Positions 24,530 to 36,768 of a DNA stretch of 64,000 bases are shown here, one piece after another. This stretch comes from Octopus sinensis (Eukaryota). The translations under genes and the position numbers were made by a program. Numbering within the stretch: the first letter of the stretch is position 1; every line of letters begins with the position of its first letter. The notes beneath the pieces were generated by a model. That model was not told where the DNA came from. It saw only the letters and a list, made by a program, of their open reading frames with translations, and ran no database searches. The stretch spans positions 82,522,001-82,586,000 of the forward strand of contig NC_043005.1 in assembly GCF_006345805.1 (NCBI RefSeq), given 5' to 3'.

Positions 24530-25270
24530 AGAATTTTGCCTCTCACAATATAGAAATATTTCTCATGGCAGCACCAGCAGACAAAATGGAAACCTGTGTT
24601 GCCGCGGAGGATGGCGTGGGGATGCGCTGAAACAGCCACTGTGATTGGAAGGGCTTGGACTTGCGAGCAGCAGTCTTTTCCCCGATAACGGTGAGCAGGA
24701 ACATGGTCCAGGGACAAAGGACGCCGGTGTTCTCAACTGTTGCAGGCTCGACCATAAACCAGTTCGAGAGCGACCGATATGTTAACAGCTATTTTTTTTT
24801 GCAGCCTGAGGAGCAGCAGAGCCTGGTCTGGTAGTTGACAACACCAAGTTACCGCCAGAGAAGGTGTCACAGCATGTGGCATCCCGGCTGAATAGCTTAC
24901 CGTCACGGAGCGGCAAGTTGTCATACCGTCCAGCCTTCTACCGCTCACTCGGTCTCGCCCCGCTGGCTCGAGTTGGGAAGCTCTAGGCCATGCTTTATGA
25001 TCTCATTAACAGCGGCATGATGAGGTAGGCGGCCAGCATTATGACAGCATGACAGTGGATGGAGACCGAAAGAATCGCCGATACGCAGGCAGTCGCCATC
25101 GAGTTCAGTGCCAGTTAGGAGTGATGGCACTGCATTGAACCAAGCTCCACTGTTAGGCTCTGAGGCTGAGCGGAAACATGCTAGACGGCGCTCTAACTCG
25201 TCGGTGGCCATGCTACACTGGATGGCGTTCCATTTCTTTTGCGAGGACGTCAACTTGATGTTGACGCCTC
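24530..25270 (-). mobile_element. CRE-clade (restriction-like endonuclease) non-LTR retrotransposon 3' fragment
   Basis: SEPNSGAWFNAVPS..GLHPLSC..GRLPHHAAVNEIIK (CCHC-type region), LEPAG..GRRLDGMT (for DGKRPDG), DATCCDTF and LFQRI..AILRGN; frameshifted. Confidence 0.8.
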
Positions 25271-25602
25271 TGATGATAATCTAATAAGATTCGAAAATCT
25301 ACGGAGAAACTGTGAAGCTAGTTGTGCTTCTAAAGGTCCTCTATAGGTTGAATATTCATTCTTAATCACGTTCCCACAAAATGCTACTAATCGTTGTATT
25401 TTGTCTACAGAGAGTATTTGCCATAATTCTCAATTGTATCACACCTCTCATAAACAATTTGTCATTCCTTCTCTCTACTCCTCATCCTCTGTTCCTCACC
25501 AACCTTAGCATGCACATTCACTCTCTATCGTTTATATAAACTCCTTCTATATCTCCCCCCCCCCCACTCTCTTTCCCTAAACGATGTGTATACCGGTGTA
25601 TA

Positions 25603-26012
25603 GGTGCAGGTGTGACAGTGTAGTAAGAAGCGTGCTCCTCTCCCAATTGGTTCCGGGTCCAGTCCCACTACGTGGTACCTTAGGCAAGTATCTTTTACTA
25701 TAGCTTCGAGCCATCCAAAGCATTGTGAGTGAATTTGGTAGACCAAAACTGAAAGAAACTAGTTACGTGTATGTGTGTGCGCGAGCGCATGTTTTTGTCC
25801 CCCACCACTGCTTGACAACCGGTGTTGGTTTGTTTATGTCTCCGTGATTTAGCGGTTCAGCAAAAGATATCGATAGAATAAGTACCAGGCTGGTACTTAT
25901 TCTAAGTACCTTATAAGTACCAGGCTGGTACTGGAGTGGATTCGTTCTGCTAAAAACTCTTCAAAGCGGTGCCCTAGTATGACCGCAGTCTAATGACTTA
26001 AACAAGTAAACA
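25603..26012 (+). mobile_element. SINE family A, diverged full-length copy
   Basis: Head, body and tail match the other copies. Confidence 0.85.
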
Positions 26013-27139
26013 AGAAAAATATTAATGATAAAATAAATATTTTATGTCTAATACCTCATCGAGTCAATATCCTATATTCTACGTTTTAATTGATTAATCT
26101 ATCTCCAAAATTATTAGTAATACGTGTATATATGTTATTTCTTTAATACAATTGAAGATAAAACAGTTTTAAAGATAAAACAGTTCCATTAATTTGCAGT
26201 TATTATTTCAAAGTTTACTGTCGTCTACCTTTGTGAATAGGCTACAGTTTGCCAGGGTGACTTTACCTTGTATTTCATGAAAACGAAGTTTAAATGGTAA
26301 GACCCACCATGCAGTGGAGTATACGGTTGTCTCACATATGCGTTGTCTCCCAAACACATTCTAACATATTCGTATACGCAAACTCAGATAAGATACACAT
26401 ATATGAACACATACAGAGTCAGACACATACACAGAAGCACAAACGCTTATTCCGAACGTATCCATTCATTATACTTTTCGAAAGAGAAAACTTTAAGAAC
26501 ACTTATCAATCATAGTCATCTTCCCCGAAGCTATAATAAATGTTATGTCATATAAGAATTTATTCATCACAATACAAAGCTATTGGAACCTACGCAAGGT
26601 AAAGAAAATATGAAACGGTGGCAGAATTTTCTTATAACTCAATATCGACAGACATATTTGATTATTGTTGAAGTTTGAAAGTTCTACAATACTGACACAT
26701 TAAACACAATGGATTATCATTATAATAGATATTGGCAATTAAAGATAGATGTGCGGTATATAAGACGTATTATTGCAGAACTTGAATTAGTATAAATGAT
26801 TTAAACCGCGAAATCAATATCATGCTGCCAGATTTGAAATGTATTCTACTCTGAAAACTGTTGCTTTTCTTGACGAAAGAAAAAAACCGAAAGAACAGTT
26901 ACTCCGCATTTAACTGCTATATTAATCAAATATGAATGACACAAATACTTGTACTGCCAAAATGACATTGTAAGAGCATATTCTTTATTCATTTATTTAT
27001 TTATTGGTCATTGAGATAATCACTTCCAACGCCTATTCTACAAACTAGGAAAATATTCCATTATTTGTAGCTTTCCCTGACACATATTCACTGCTTCTTC
27101 CATCATCCAGTGCGTTTTATTGCAATTATTATTGGATAT

Positions 27140-27740
27140 GATAAAGGCAGTGGGTTGTAAGAACCGTTATCACGGCGGACAAAATACTTCGCACTTTTGC
27201 TTCTGGTTTAGCATTCTGAGTTTAAATTCTGTCGAGGTCGAATTTGCTTTCATACTTTTGGAGTCGATACAAAATTCCAGGCTTTGTGACTATTTTATAA
27301 TAAATGAATGAACGGAGATGGTAAAGCGCTAGAGCTTTGGGCAAAATATTGAGCATCATTTCTCGCGGCTCTTTATATCCTGCGATAAAATTCTGTCGCA
27401 GTCAACCTTGCCTTTTATCTTTTCGAGGTCGATAATATATGTACTAGTTAAGTGCTGTTGTAGATATAATCAGCTATAACCCTCCCATAAAGCTGATGAC
27501 CGTGTGCCAAAATTTAGAATCATTAACTAGGTGACAAGCAGGCAGAATCGTTTAGTATTGGTTATAACTATAATTATGGTTTCTGACTCATCACATTTTA
27601 AACTCAAATTACGCCGAGGTCAGTTTTGCCTTTCATCTTTTCGAGGACGATAAATTAACTGCTAGTTTAACACTGGGGTTGACTAAGCCTCTTATCCAAA
27701 ATATCAAATTCTGTGCCTATAGGAAAAAGGATTATTATTG
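27140..27740 (+). mobile_element. Three adjacent degraded SINE family C copies
   Basis: Repeated TTCTG(C)CG(A/C)GGTC..TTTGCCTTT(C/T)ATCTTTTCGAGG..GATAA motif at about 27225, 27390 and 27610. Confidence 0.7.
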
Positions 27741-27994
27741 TTTCCGCATTTTATTCTGAGGTTTGGTGACAACATAATCTCCTCAAATATCAAGAACTTT
27801 TATTAGGATCCTTGTAGCATATAGGATGGTACTTTTTCTACAGGTCGACCATGGAAGTTTTCAATTCCAGTTCATTTCAGTCTTGTAGATAGTATTTTAA
27901 GTTTTGTGCCAAGTGCACCAATTGCCACAGGAATAATTGTTGTTTTGGTCTTCCACGCTCTCCACAGTTCCCTCACTAGAGGGAACTGTGGAGA

Positions 27995-28160
27995 CGAAGG
28001 CCATTTAAACCATATATATACTTCTTTCTTAAATCTAAGAAGGTAAGCATGATTGTGTTTGGTTGTTATTCTTGTGGTTGACTCCAGCAGGACATAACAT
28101 CAATGGCGTTTTATCCATGATAATTGCACTTTCTTATTTTTCCTTCGTTCGGATATTCTG
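27995..28160 (+). repeat. About 165-bp segment directly repeated at 29279-29442
   Basis: CGAAGGCCATTTAAAC..AAGGTAAGCATGATTGTG..CCTTCGTTCG present in both places with few differences. Confidence 0.85.
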
Positions 28161-28691
28161 TGCCCTACTTTCTCTGACATGGTAAATGCGACGATTACAC
28201 GCTATACACCTTCCTTCCAAGCATTGCTGTAAACAGCGGAAGGGAGCCAGAACGTAAAAACTTAGTACGCATGCACAACAGAGTTCAAGGTCAACCTGTG
28301 CAAAGTGACTTCACTCTGCATGGTTTAGCTTCATTACTATAGCAACAGTCCGGATTCTTATTGATCAGACCACGTACATGTGTATCTGCTTGTGTCTTTG
28401 TGTGATTATATGCTGAGTATTTTCGTTTGTGCGTAGCTGCATATACATATGTGTATCCATGTGTGTATGTATATGTGAGTGTGTTTTTGTGTATGCGTAA
28501 CTACAAATGTGCGTCTCTGCGTGTGTATTTGTGTGACTGTGTGAAGCAACATATGCATGTGTAGCTCCTATGGGTATATGCGTATTTCTGTCTTGTCAAA
28601 CGTTAAGATCAGAGATTAAACGTCTGGTGATGTTAGGGGAAAATTGTAGTTATATACGTATTTTACACATATATCATGTTATATATCATGT

Positions 28692-28892
28692 GTGTCTTTG
28701 TTCCAGCACTATACCTTGACAACCGATGTTGGTATATTTATGTCCCCGTAATTTAGCGGCTCGACAAAAGAACCGATAGAATAATTAATAGGCTTAAAAA
28801 GAATAAGTTCTAGGGTCGATTTGTTCGACTAAAGGTGGCGCTCCAGCACGACTGCAGTCAAATGACTGAAACAAATAAAGGAATAAAAGAGA
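28692..28892 (+). mobile_element. SINE family A 3' half
   Basis: CTTGACAACCGATG..GGGTCGATTTG..GACTGAAACAA. Confidence 0.8.
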
Positions 28893-29632
28893 AAAAAGAA
28901 GTGTGGACCCTTGGAGGTCCATACAAGATTTTGTCGTTAAAATTTATTTGAAAGAAATCGTTAATGCATCTATATTACACCAAATATGTTAACATTTTTT
29001 CATGTACCCTTTTACAGGCAGCTGTAATATATTTTGAAGAGGTCCATGACAGGTGAGGTAATGCCTGTAATGTTAATTCTGAGAAATATTAATAGCCCTG
29101 ATAAATGATAACAGTGAATATTATTTATTTAGTTTTCACTAATGATTACTTAATAGATTTAGCGGGTTAAAACTTGTTTTGATAAACAACGGATATAATT
29201 TATCAAAACTCCGTTTGTTTTGATAAATCACTGTCTGAAATCACGTTTTGACGCTAAAACACTTTCATATTAGAACTACGAAGGCCATTTAAACGACATA
29301 TGTACTTCTTTCTTAAATCTAAAAAGGTAAGCATGATTGTGTCTGGTTGTGGTTGTTATTCTTGTGGTTGACTCCGGCAGAACATATAATCAATGGCGTT
29401 TTATCCATGATAATTGCACTTATTTTTCCTTCGTTCGAATATCCAAAACGGTAGTGTGAGATGAAATCCCTCTAAGGTCGAGAGACAATTCTGAGGTGAT
29501 AGTCATGGCACATTGTGGTAACCATTTAGCTATAGAAACTCCTAGACGGAACATATGTGTTGATCTATTTAACTTTCTATTCTATGATCAGCTCCTATGT
29601 TTACTTTTAATTATAGTACGTCTTGAACCGCA

Positions 29633-29825
29633 TCAGTGGTTCTCAACAATTTTTTGCCTATGGACCCATTTTTTTAAAAATCCTATTATATTTTTGTAAT
29701 TAAATATTACTAGGAATCGTATAAAAAATGTTAACATATTTGGTGTAATATAGAAGCATTAAGGATTTCTTTCAAATAAATTTTAACGACAAAACCTTAT
29801 ATGAATCTCCAAGGGTTCATAATTC
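29633..29825 (+). mobile_element. hAT/Charlie-like non-autonomous fragment, with an inverted partial copy at 28901-29010
   Basis: Starts CAGTGGTTCTCAAC, a typical hAT-Charlie terminus; 29720-29822 is the reverse complement of 28901-29005. Confidence 0.6.
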
Positions 29826-29829
29826 ATTT

Positions 29830-30253
29830 TTCTCTTTTACTCCTTTATTTGTTTCAGTCATTTGACTGCGATCATGCTGGAGCACCGCCTTTAATTGAAC
29901 AAATCGACCCCAGAACTTATTCTTTGTAAGCCTAGTACTTATTTTATTAGTTTTTGTCGAACCGCTAAGTTACGTGGACGTAAATATACCAACATCGGTT
30001 ATCAAGGGATGATGCTGGAACAAAGACACACAAAGACACACACACACAAAACACACACGAAAAGACATTCTCTCTCCCTCTGTTATATATAGAACAGGCT
30101 TCTTTCAGTTTCCGTCTACCAAATCTACTCACAAGGCTTTGGTCGGCACGAGACTATAGTAAAAGACACTTCTCCAAGTTGACACGCAGTGGGACTGAAC
30201 CCGGAACCATGTAGTTAGTAAACATGCTACGTACCACATAGCTACTCCTGCGT
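29830..30253 (-). mobile_element. SINE family A, full-length
   Basis: Matches the other copies end to end. Confidence 0.88.
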
Positions 30254-30810
30254 CTATGAGCCCTTCGTAATATTTTTGAGATTGATTTGAGGAAATTCCA
30301 AATTTCTATGAAGTCAAATAGCAGGCAGAGTTAACCACTTTGGTTATCATTTTACACAGGAAGCAAATATAAGCAGGAACTTAGAATCAAATTTCGCAGT
30401 TAGCAGTCTGTTGTTTCATAAAAGACCACCAATGATAAATTTAGAAAAAGTCCTTAACAGTTCTATCTTCACTCTTTATCTCTCATTCTATGATTCAGAT
30501 GATCTTTTCATTGAGATCGAGTATTCTAATTTCAGAATTAAGGTATGTTTTTTTTGTGCCAAATAGAGCTTTTCGTAAATTACACATACGTATTTCTGTG
30601 TTTGTGTGAGTGCGTGTGTCGTAGACTATTGAAGTAAACGAAACAGAACTCAATACTTAGGTATATATACTGTTATGTTTTTTAACAGTAGCAAATTAGA
30701 GAAGTGAGTCAAGAGCAGAAAATCCCGAGCTTGCCATTTATCATATGTATGTTTTCATCCTTCTCTGTACACACACACATATATATGTATGTATGTATGT
30801 ATATATATAT

Positions 30811-32372
30811 ATATATATAAAACTGTAGTTGTGTGAGTGTCTGTCTCCTACGATTTAGATTCCTAACTCCTCCCACATTTTGCGGTGCAGTTTAACCAAA
30901 TTCGGGTATCTTATAGTCGTGATTAATATCAAGCCCGTCTGGCTATTAGCGCGCGTCTACTACGATGAGTCTACGATTTTAAAAATAATTTAACATCATT
31001 TTTTATTCCATTTTAATGCATAATTTTTCGTGTGTCGATGGCGGCGGAGTTGGCGTCCAAACTCAAACACCTGCACCTGTGTTGCTTCTCCCCCTTCTTC
31101 CCTCCCTCGTGAAGCTGTGGGGAAGGGAGTTTAAGGAAATCAACGTCGTAATGCGTTGTCAAGGAGACCAGCGTTCTTTTAGAACAACGACTTCATGGTT
31201 TGAAGACACCAAAACAGAAATGGCTAAGAAAGCCCGAATTGGCATCTATAAAGGAAGTAACTCTCTAAAAATGCTTAAATAGTTATTTCCCTTACAAACC
31301 CGAGCAACGCGGGCGATACTGCTAGTATATATAAAACTGTAGTTGTGTGAGTGTCTGTCTCCTACGATTTAGATTCCTAACTCCTCCCACATTTTGCGGT
31401 GCAGTTTAACCAAATTCGGGTATCTTATAGTCGTGATTAATATCAAGCCCGTCTGGCTATTAGCGCGCGTCTACTACGATGAGTCTACGATTTTAAAAAA
31501 TAATTTAACATCATTTTTTATTCCATTTTAATGCATAATTTTTCGTGTGTCGATGGCGGCGGAGTTGGCGTCCAAACTCAAACACCTGCACCTGTGTTTG
31601 CTTCTCCCCCTTCTTCCCTCCCTCGTGAAGCTGTGGGGAAGGGAGTTTAAGGAAATCAACGTCGTAATGCGTTGTCAAGGAGACCAGCGTTCTTTTAGAA
31701 CAACGACTTCATGGTTTGAAGACACCAAAACAGAAATGGCTAAGAAAGCCCGAATTGGCATCTATAAAGGAAGTAACTCTCTAAAAATGCTTAAATAGTT
31801 ATTTCCCTTACAAACCCGAGCAACGCCGGGCGATACTGCTAGTATATATATAAAACTGTAGTTGTGTGAGTGTCTGTCCCCTTCGATTTAGATTCCTAAC
31901 TACTCCCACATTTTGCGGTGCTGTTTAACCAAATTCGGGTATCTTATAGTCGCGATTCATATTGAACCCGTCTGGCTATTAGCGCGCGTCTACGATGAGT
32001 CTACGATTTTAAAAATAATTTAACATCATTTTTTATTCCATTTTAATGCATAATTTTTCGTGTGTCGATGGCGGCGGAGTTGGCGTCCGTGCTCACAGCT
32101 GCACCTGTGTTGCTTCTCCCCCTTCTTCCCTCCCTCGTGAAGCTGTGGGGAAGGGAGTGTAAGGAAATCAACGTCGTAAAGCGTTGTCAAGGAGACCAGC
32201 GTTCTTTTAGAACAACGACTTCATGGCTTGAAGACACTGAGTCAACGATTTAAAAAAAAATTACCATCATTTTTTATTCCATTTTTAATGCATTTTTTTG
32301 CTATAACTCTCTAAAAATGCTTATATAGTTATTTCCCTTACAAACCCGAGCAACGCCGGGCGATACTGCTAG
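30811..32372 (+). mobile_element. Three head-to-tail non-autonomous Helitrons (about 515, 517 and 530 bp)
   Basis: Each unit starts TATATAAAACTGTAGTTG and ends with hairpin CCCGAGCAACG(C)CGGG plus CTAG at 31322-25, 31839-42 and 32369-72. Confidence 0.88.
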
Positions 32373-32694
32373 TATATATATATATATACAGTTGCGACCA
32401 AAATGTTCAGAACGGCATTTTTTCGTCAGAAAAGTAGATATAATTTTTTATCAAAGTTGTTTTATATTCTATAATTTTCACAGACAATAAATACAATATT
32501 AATTGTTATAGTCTGAGATTTTAGTGTTATTTGAGAGGATAATACAAAAGTTATGGATGATTTACTACAAAACCCATGGCGGCCAAAATGATCAGAACGG
32601 TTGCTTTTACTCCGTGTTTTAGTATATTTAACCGGCGAACGCATCTAATATACGAAGCTTGTCGTATATATGTATACGTATATATATATATGTG

Positions 32695-32900
32695 TGTTTG
32701 TGTGTCTGTGTTTGTCCCCCCAATGTCGCTTGACAACCGATGCTGGTGTGTTTAGGTCCCCGTAACCTAGCGGTTCGGCAAAAGAAACCGATAGAATAAG
32801 TACTAGGCTTACAAAGAATAAGTCCTGGGGTCGATTTGCTCGAGTAAAGGCGGTGCTCCAGCATGGCCGCAGTCAAATGACTAAAACAAGTAAAAGAGTA
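32695..32900 (+). mobile_element. SINE family A 3' half
   Basis: Matches the family tail. Confidence 0.85.
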
Positions 32901-33236
32901 TGAAAAAAACAAACAAAGACAATATGTATGAACACTCTTTCACATGGAACAAATTACGAACACCACATAGTTAATTCGCACAACTACTGTACCTAGCTAA
33001 AGTTCCCAGAAAATAAGGCTGGAGAGAAATGATGCAAGTACTTGCATACTAAAGTTTGGCTCTCTCCAAACATATCATTTTATATGAACTCAATCAAAAT
33101 TGGAGCGAATTTATGCTTCCATTGGACTTTGAACATTTTAGATTTATTTCATATTTTCCAATTGTACTTGCTAAAGAATCACAGGTTCAATCCTCAACTT
33201 ACACTGAAATGTAATGTGTATATTTACAAACATATA

Positions 33237-33472
33237 TTCTTTTATTCTTTTACTTGTTTCAGTCAATTGACTGCGCCCATACTGGAGTAGCGCCATTAGT
33301 CGAGCAAATTGACCCCAGGACTTATTCTTTGAAAGCCTAGTACTTATTCTATCCGCCACTTTCCTTTCTGCCGAACCGCTAAGTTACGGGGACGTAAACA
33401 CATCGGTTGTCAAGCGAAGGTGGAGGACAAACACCGACAAAGACACACAGACACACTCACACACACACACAC

Positions 33473-33507
<35 letters not shown>

Positions 33508-33666
33508 CTACATATATATATATATACGACCTGCTTCTTTTAGTTTCCATCTCCCAAAACCACTCGCAAGGCTTTGGTTGGCCCAAGGCTATAGTAGAAG
33601 ACACTTGCCCAAGGTTCCACACAGTGGGATTGAACCCAGAACTATGTGGTTGGTAAGCAAGCTACT
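33237..33666 (-). mobile_element. SINE family A, head clipped by the adjacent element
   Basis: Matches the family; ends at GCTACT, where the 33663 repeat begins. Confidence 0.85.
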
Positions 33667-34480
33667 TTATTTTATCAAATTTGCCATAAAGGCAGTATAA
33701 AGATTGGTTAGCTTTGCGGGCTGGAGAAACACAATAATGAATGAAAATTACATAAAATGAATAAATGAGAGACGGAACCAAACACCCTCCGATTGGATTT
33801 TTCTCGAAAGCATTTTCTTTTTTTAAAAATCAATATGAGGTTTCAAACCTCCTACAAGAAGGAGGCACTAAAACCTCTTACTTAACATGTTGTTTTTTTA
33901 AACACAGAATTGAGGTGATGGAATCAAGAACTTTAGAATAAGTTATAACCGCCACCAACATCTCCTCCCTATCTCTTAACCACTGCTTCGTTGGGACAAT
34001 CTCCCACACGACAATCTTATCCGTATTTTTTTGCCATGTTCACAAAAAATGAAAGAGAGAATTCAAAAGAAAACAAAAGGGAAGAAGAAAGAAATAAAAA
34101 CAACCGGTTCAATAAAAAGTCACAATAGAAGATGAAAATAATAGTTCTAAAAAAGAAAACACAGCAAAAAATCTTTTGGGCATTCGTGTACTCCAAGCCA
34201 TTATGGTACTACAATTCGAACCTGGGCTGCTCCATTTGAATACAGCTTTCCAACGTAGACGTAAAATACACACTATTTAAAAACGGCGAACGACTTTCGA
34301 TGGCAGGATAGTCACCAAACTATCTTTTGCGCATTCATGTACTCAAAGCCCTTATGTTACTCCAATTCGAACCCGGACAGCTCCACTTGAATAAAGCTTT
34401 CCAACGTAGTCGTAAAATAAACACTATTTAAAAACGGCGAACGACTTTCGGTTGCAAGATAGTCACCAAACATATTTCTC
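33663..34480 (-). mobile_element. Probable 3' end of a Tx1/L1-like element, including a diverged tandem dimer of about 150 bp (34180-34480)
   Basis: 33663-33740 is homologous to 34818-34890, which lies downstream of the zinc-knuckle ORF1 remnant; the dimer is visible by alignment; upper boundary uncertain. Confidence 0.5.
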
Positions 34481-34817
34481 ACAACGAGAAAAAAAAATTT
34501 CACTTCATGTGAACACTTGAAATACAGTTTTCCAATAATGGTAAATGTTGTTGTAAAAGCAAAGAATTTGAAGGATAGGCCCACCAGACAATGAGAGAAA
34601 AAAAATCTTCATTTACAATGGACAATATTGCTGAATCACAAGTAGACCAACATCCTAAATTCAATGAGGATTCCCTGTTTGTAAAACATATAAGCACAGA
34701 CAACGACCCTCACCGGGTCCAAGAGAAAAGACTTACCTTGCAGCAACTTCTTTTAGCGGGATAAACACAGCTGGTTATCTTCTTCACAATGGCGCATGCG
34801 CACACTGATAACAAAGA

Positions 34818-35830
34818 CTACTTTATTTTATCAAATTTGCCATAGAGGCAGTACAAAGATAGGTAGCGTTGCGGGCTGGACATAGACATTAATGAGGCAG
34901 ATGATTATGATTCAAAATAATAAAAATGGGAGAAGGCAGAAGGCGCCCGTTGACCCTCAGCTTCTCTAAAACATTGTTTTTAAAAATACATATACCGAGT
35001 TAATGACCCTCTTACAATTCAAAATACAATATCTTTGGACCAAAAAGTCCATACAGCCACAAATTACAACTTCTGCACAAATTGGAGGCGATAAACCACT
35101 ACAATTCTTCTCCAAGTAAATTTCGTGCGACTTGCAGACATTTCTGCCACTGAAATCTGGGACTCCAATAGAGTATTCTGAAGTTCTGAATTTTACACGA
35201 GTCAATTATTTGATTACACTGCTTTCTTTCCAGCACCAGAGCAGCCACCTGCGAAGGCCATTCTGGGCTGTCAATACAATTCGGTTCCCTCAGGATCCGA
35301 CCGTCCATTTCGTTTTCCACGAGATTGTCAATAGCCCGTCCCCTGCGGTAGCAGAACATACATTCTTCACCACCTTCACTGGAAGGGGCGTCAACTCCAT
35401 CGCTAGGTGGCATACATCCCACTGACGAGGTCATCTTCCGCCCCCTCCGGTGGCACCCATCCCACCGAAGGGATTTCGGGACATGCCATCACCGGCAATG
35501 TCCCGCTTTTCTTTTCTTTTTGTTCCTTTTTCGACGGGAGGGTGGTGTTCCTCCGACATCTCCGGAGGACTCTCCCTCGCCCCCACCGTCTCGGGATCCA
35601 TCGGTGGGCAACCATTGTTGTCCCCCTTCTTTCTTCTTCTTCCCCTCAACTTTTTTCTCCACTGGGGGAACAGGGGACACCTCTTCAATTAACTGTTCCA
35701 GCAACTTTGCCTGGTCCCGGCGACAGTTCTTCCTCATATGGCCCGATTCCAGGCACAGGTGACACTTGGGGGTAGGCGTCCCTCAACAGTCACCGGATAC
35801 CTAGAACCATCCATCTTTAGAAAATCTGGG
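34818..35830 (-). mobile_element. Tx1/L1-like non-LTR element remnant: ORF1 with CCHC zinc knuckle
   Basis: Minus-strand RYPVTVEGR followed by C-H-L-C-L-E-S-G-H-M-R-K-N-C (CX2CX4HX4C, about 35728-35769), then a basic/acidic linker and ORF 35099-35434. Confidence 0.7.
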
Positions 35831-36039
35831 ACCAAACTCAGTTGTTTAGGTGCAAGATCACTCATCATTTCATTTAGTTGGTTTTGATGCATACAACCGC
35901 AGTAATTGACTTACCAGGTCTCATGAAGCTTCAGTGGATGACACCAGCACTGCACCACCAAACAGACACCACTTGCTGTTCCTGATGAATACTCATTTTT
36001 GGAATTGTATTTTGGAACTCTGTCTCTATACAACCACTG

Positions 36040-36540
36040 TGCAGAACGCTTCCTATTGTTGAAAAGAATCGATTTTTCATCACACGCAACAATTCAAAAA
36101 TATTTCGCTTTTATGTCGTGACAGCAAAGAACAGCAAGTTTCAAGACGACATGTCATTTGATGCTCATTCATTTCGTGTGGTAGACACTTGTCCAACTTC
36201 TTTACTTTGCCGATTTGTTTCAGATGGTCCAATACAGTTGGAATCGAAACATCAAACCTTGCTGTTAACTCACGAGTAGTTTGAGATGTATCTGCTTCCA
36301 CTACAGTTTCCACTCATCATTACCCACCTTGGTCTCAGGTCTACAACGGAGCTTGATTCTCAAGAGTAAAGTCACCAGACTGGAACTTCTCAAATCATCC
36401 ATGTACAGTGCACTCTTTCGCAAGATCTTCGCCAAACACCTCAATGATGTTTCAAGGAGTCTGAGATGCACGGGTTCCACAACAGAACTCATATTCATAA
36501 ACAACACAAATTTTTTATCTATCCATGGGTTCACAAAAAA
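36040..36540 (-). mobile_element. Mariner transposase N-terminal half (remnant)
   Basis: YEYEF..FEKFQSGDFTLEN..RPETKVGNDE, ETVVEADTSQTTREL..DHLKQIGKVKKLDKCLPHE. Confidence 0.9.
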
Positions 36541-36560
36541 TGATTTACAAGAGAAAACTC

Positions 36561-36768
36561 CGAGAGGGCACTGAAAAGTTCCTGGGTTAAAAGGTACCAC
36601 GAAGGGCCTAACCTTCCGACTGCCTTTACAAGGCTTTGGAGAACTGAAAGAACGGTGCAATAAGTGTGTGATTCTGAGAGGGGAATATTTTGAATAAAAA
36701 CATAATCAAGTGTGATCTACCTGCATTTTCCTTAACTCAAAACCAGGAACTTTTCAGACCCCACCTCG
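36561..36768 (+). mobile_element. Mariner-derived MITE (208 bp)
   Basis: Imperfect TIRs CGAG.GGG..CTGAAAAGTTCCTGG / CCAGGAACTTTTCAG.CCC.CCTCG; interior encodes ELKERCNKCVILRGEYFE*, a mariner C-terminus. Confidence 0.8.

Noticed and set aside
31016-32253. Three similar ORFs as a tandem gene family
   Set aside because: They lie within the tandem non-autonomous Helitron units, use non-ATG or variable starts and differ in frame between copies
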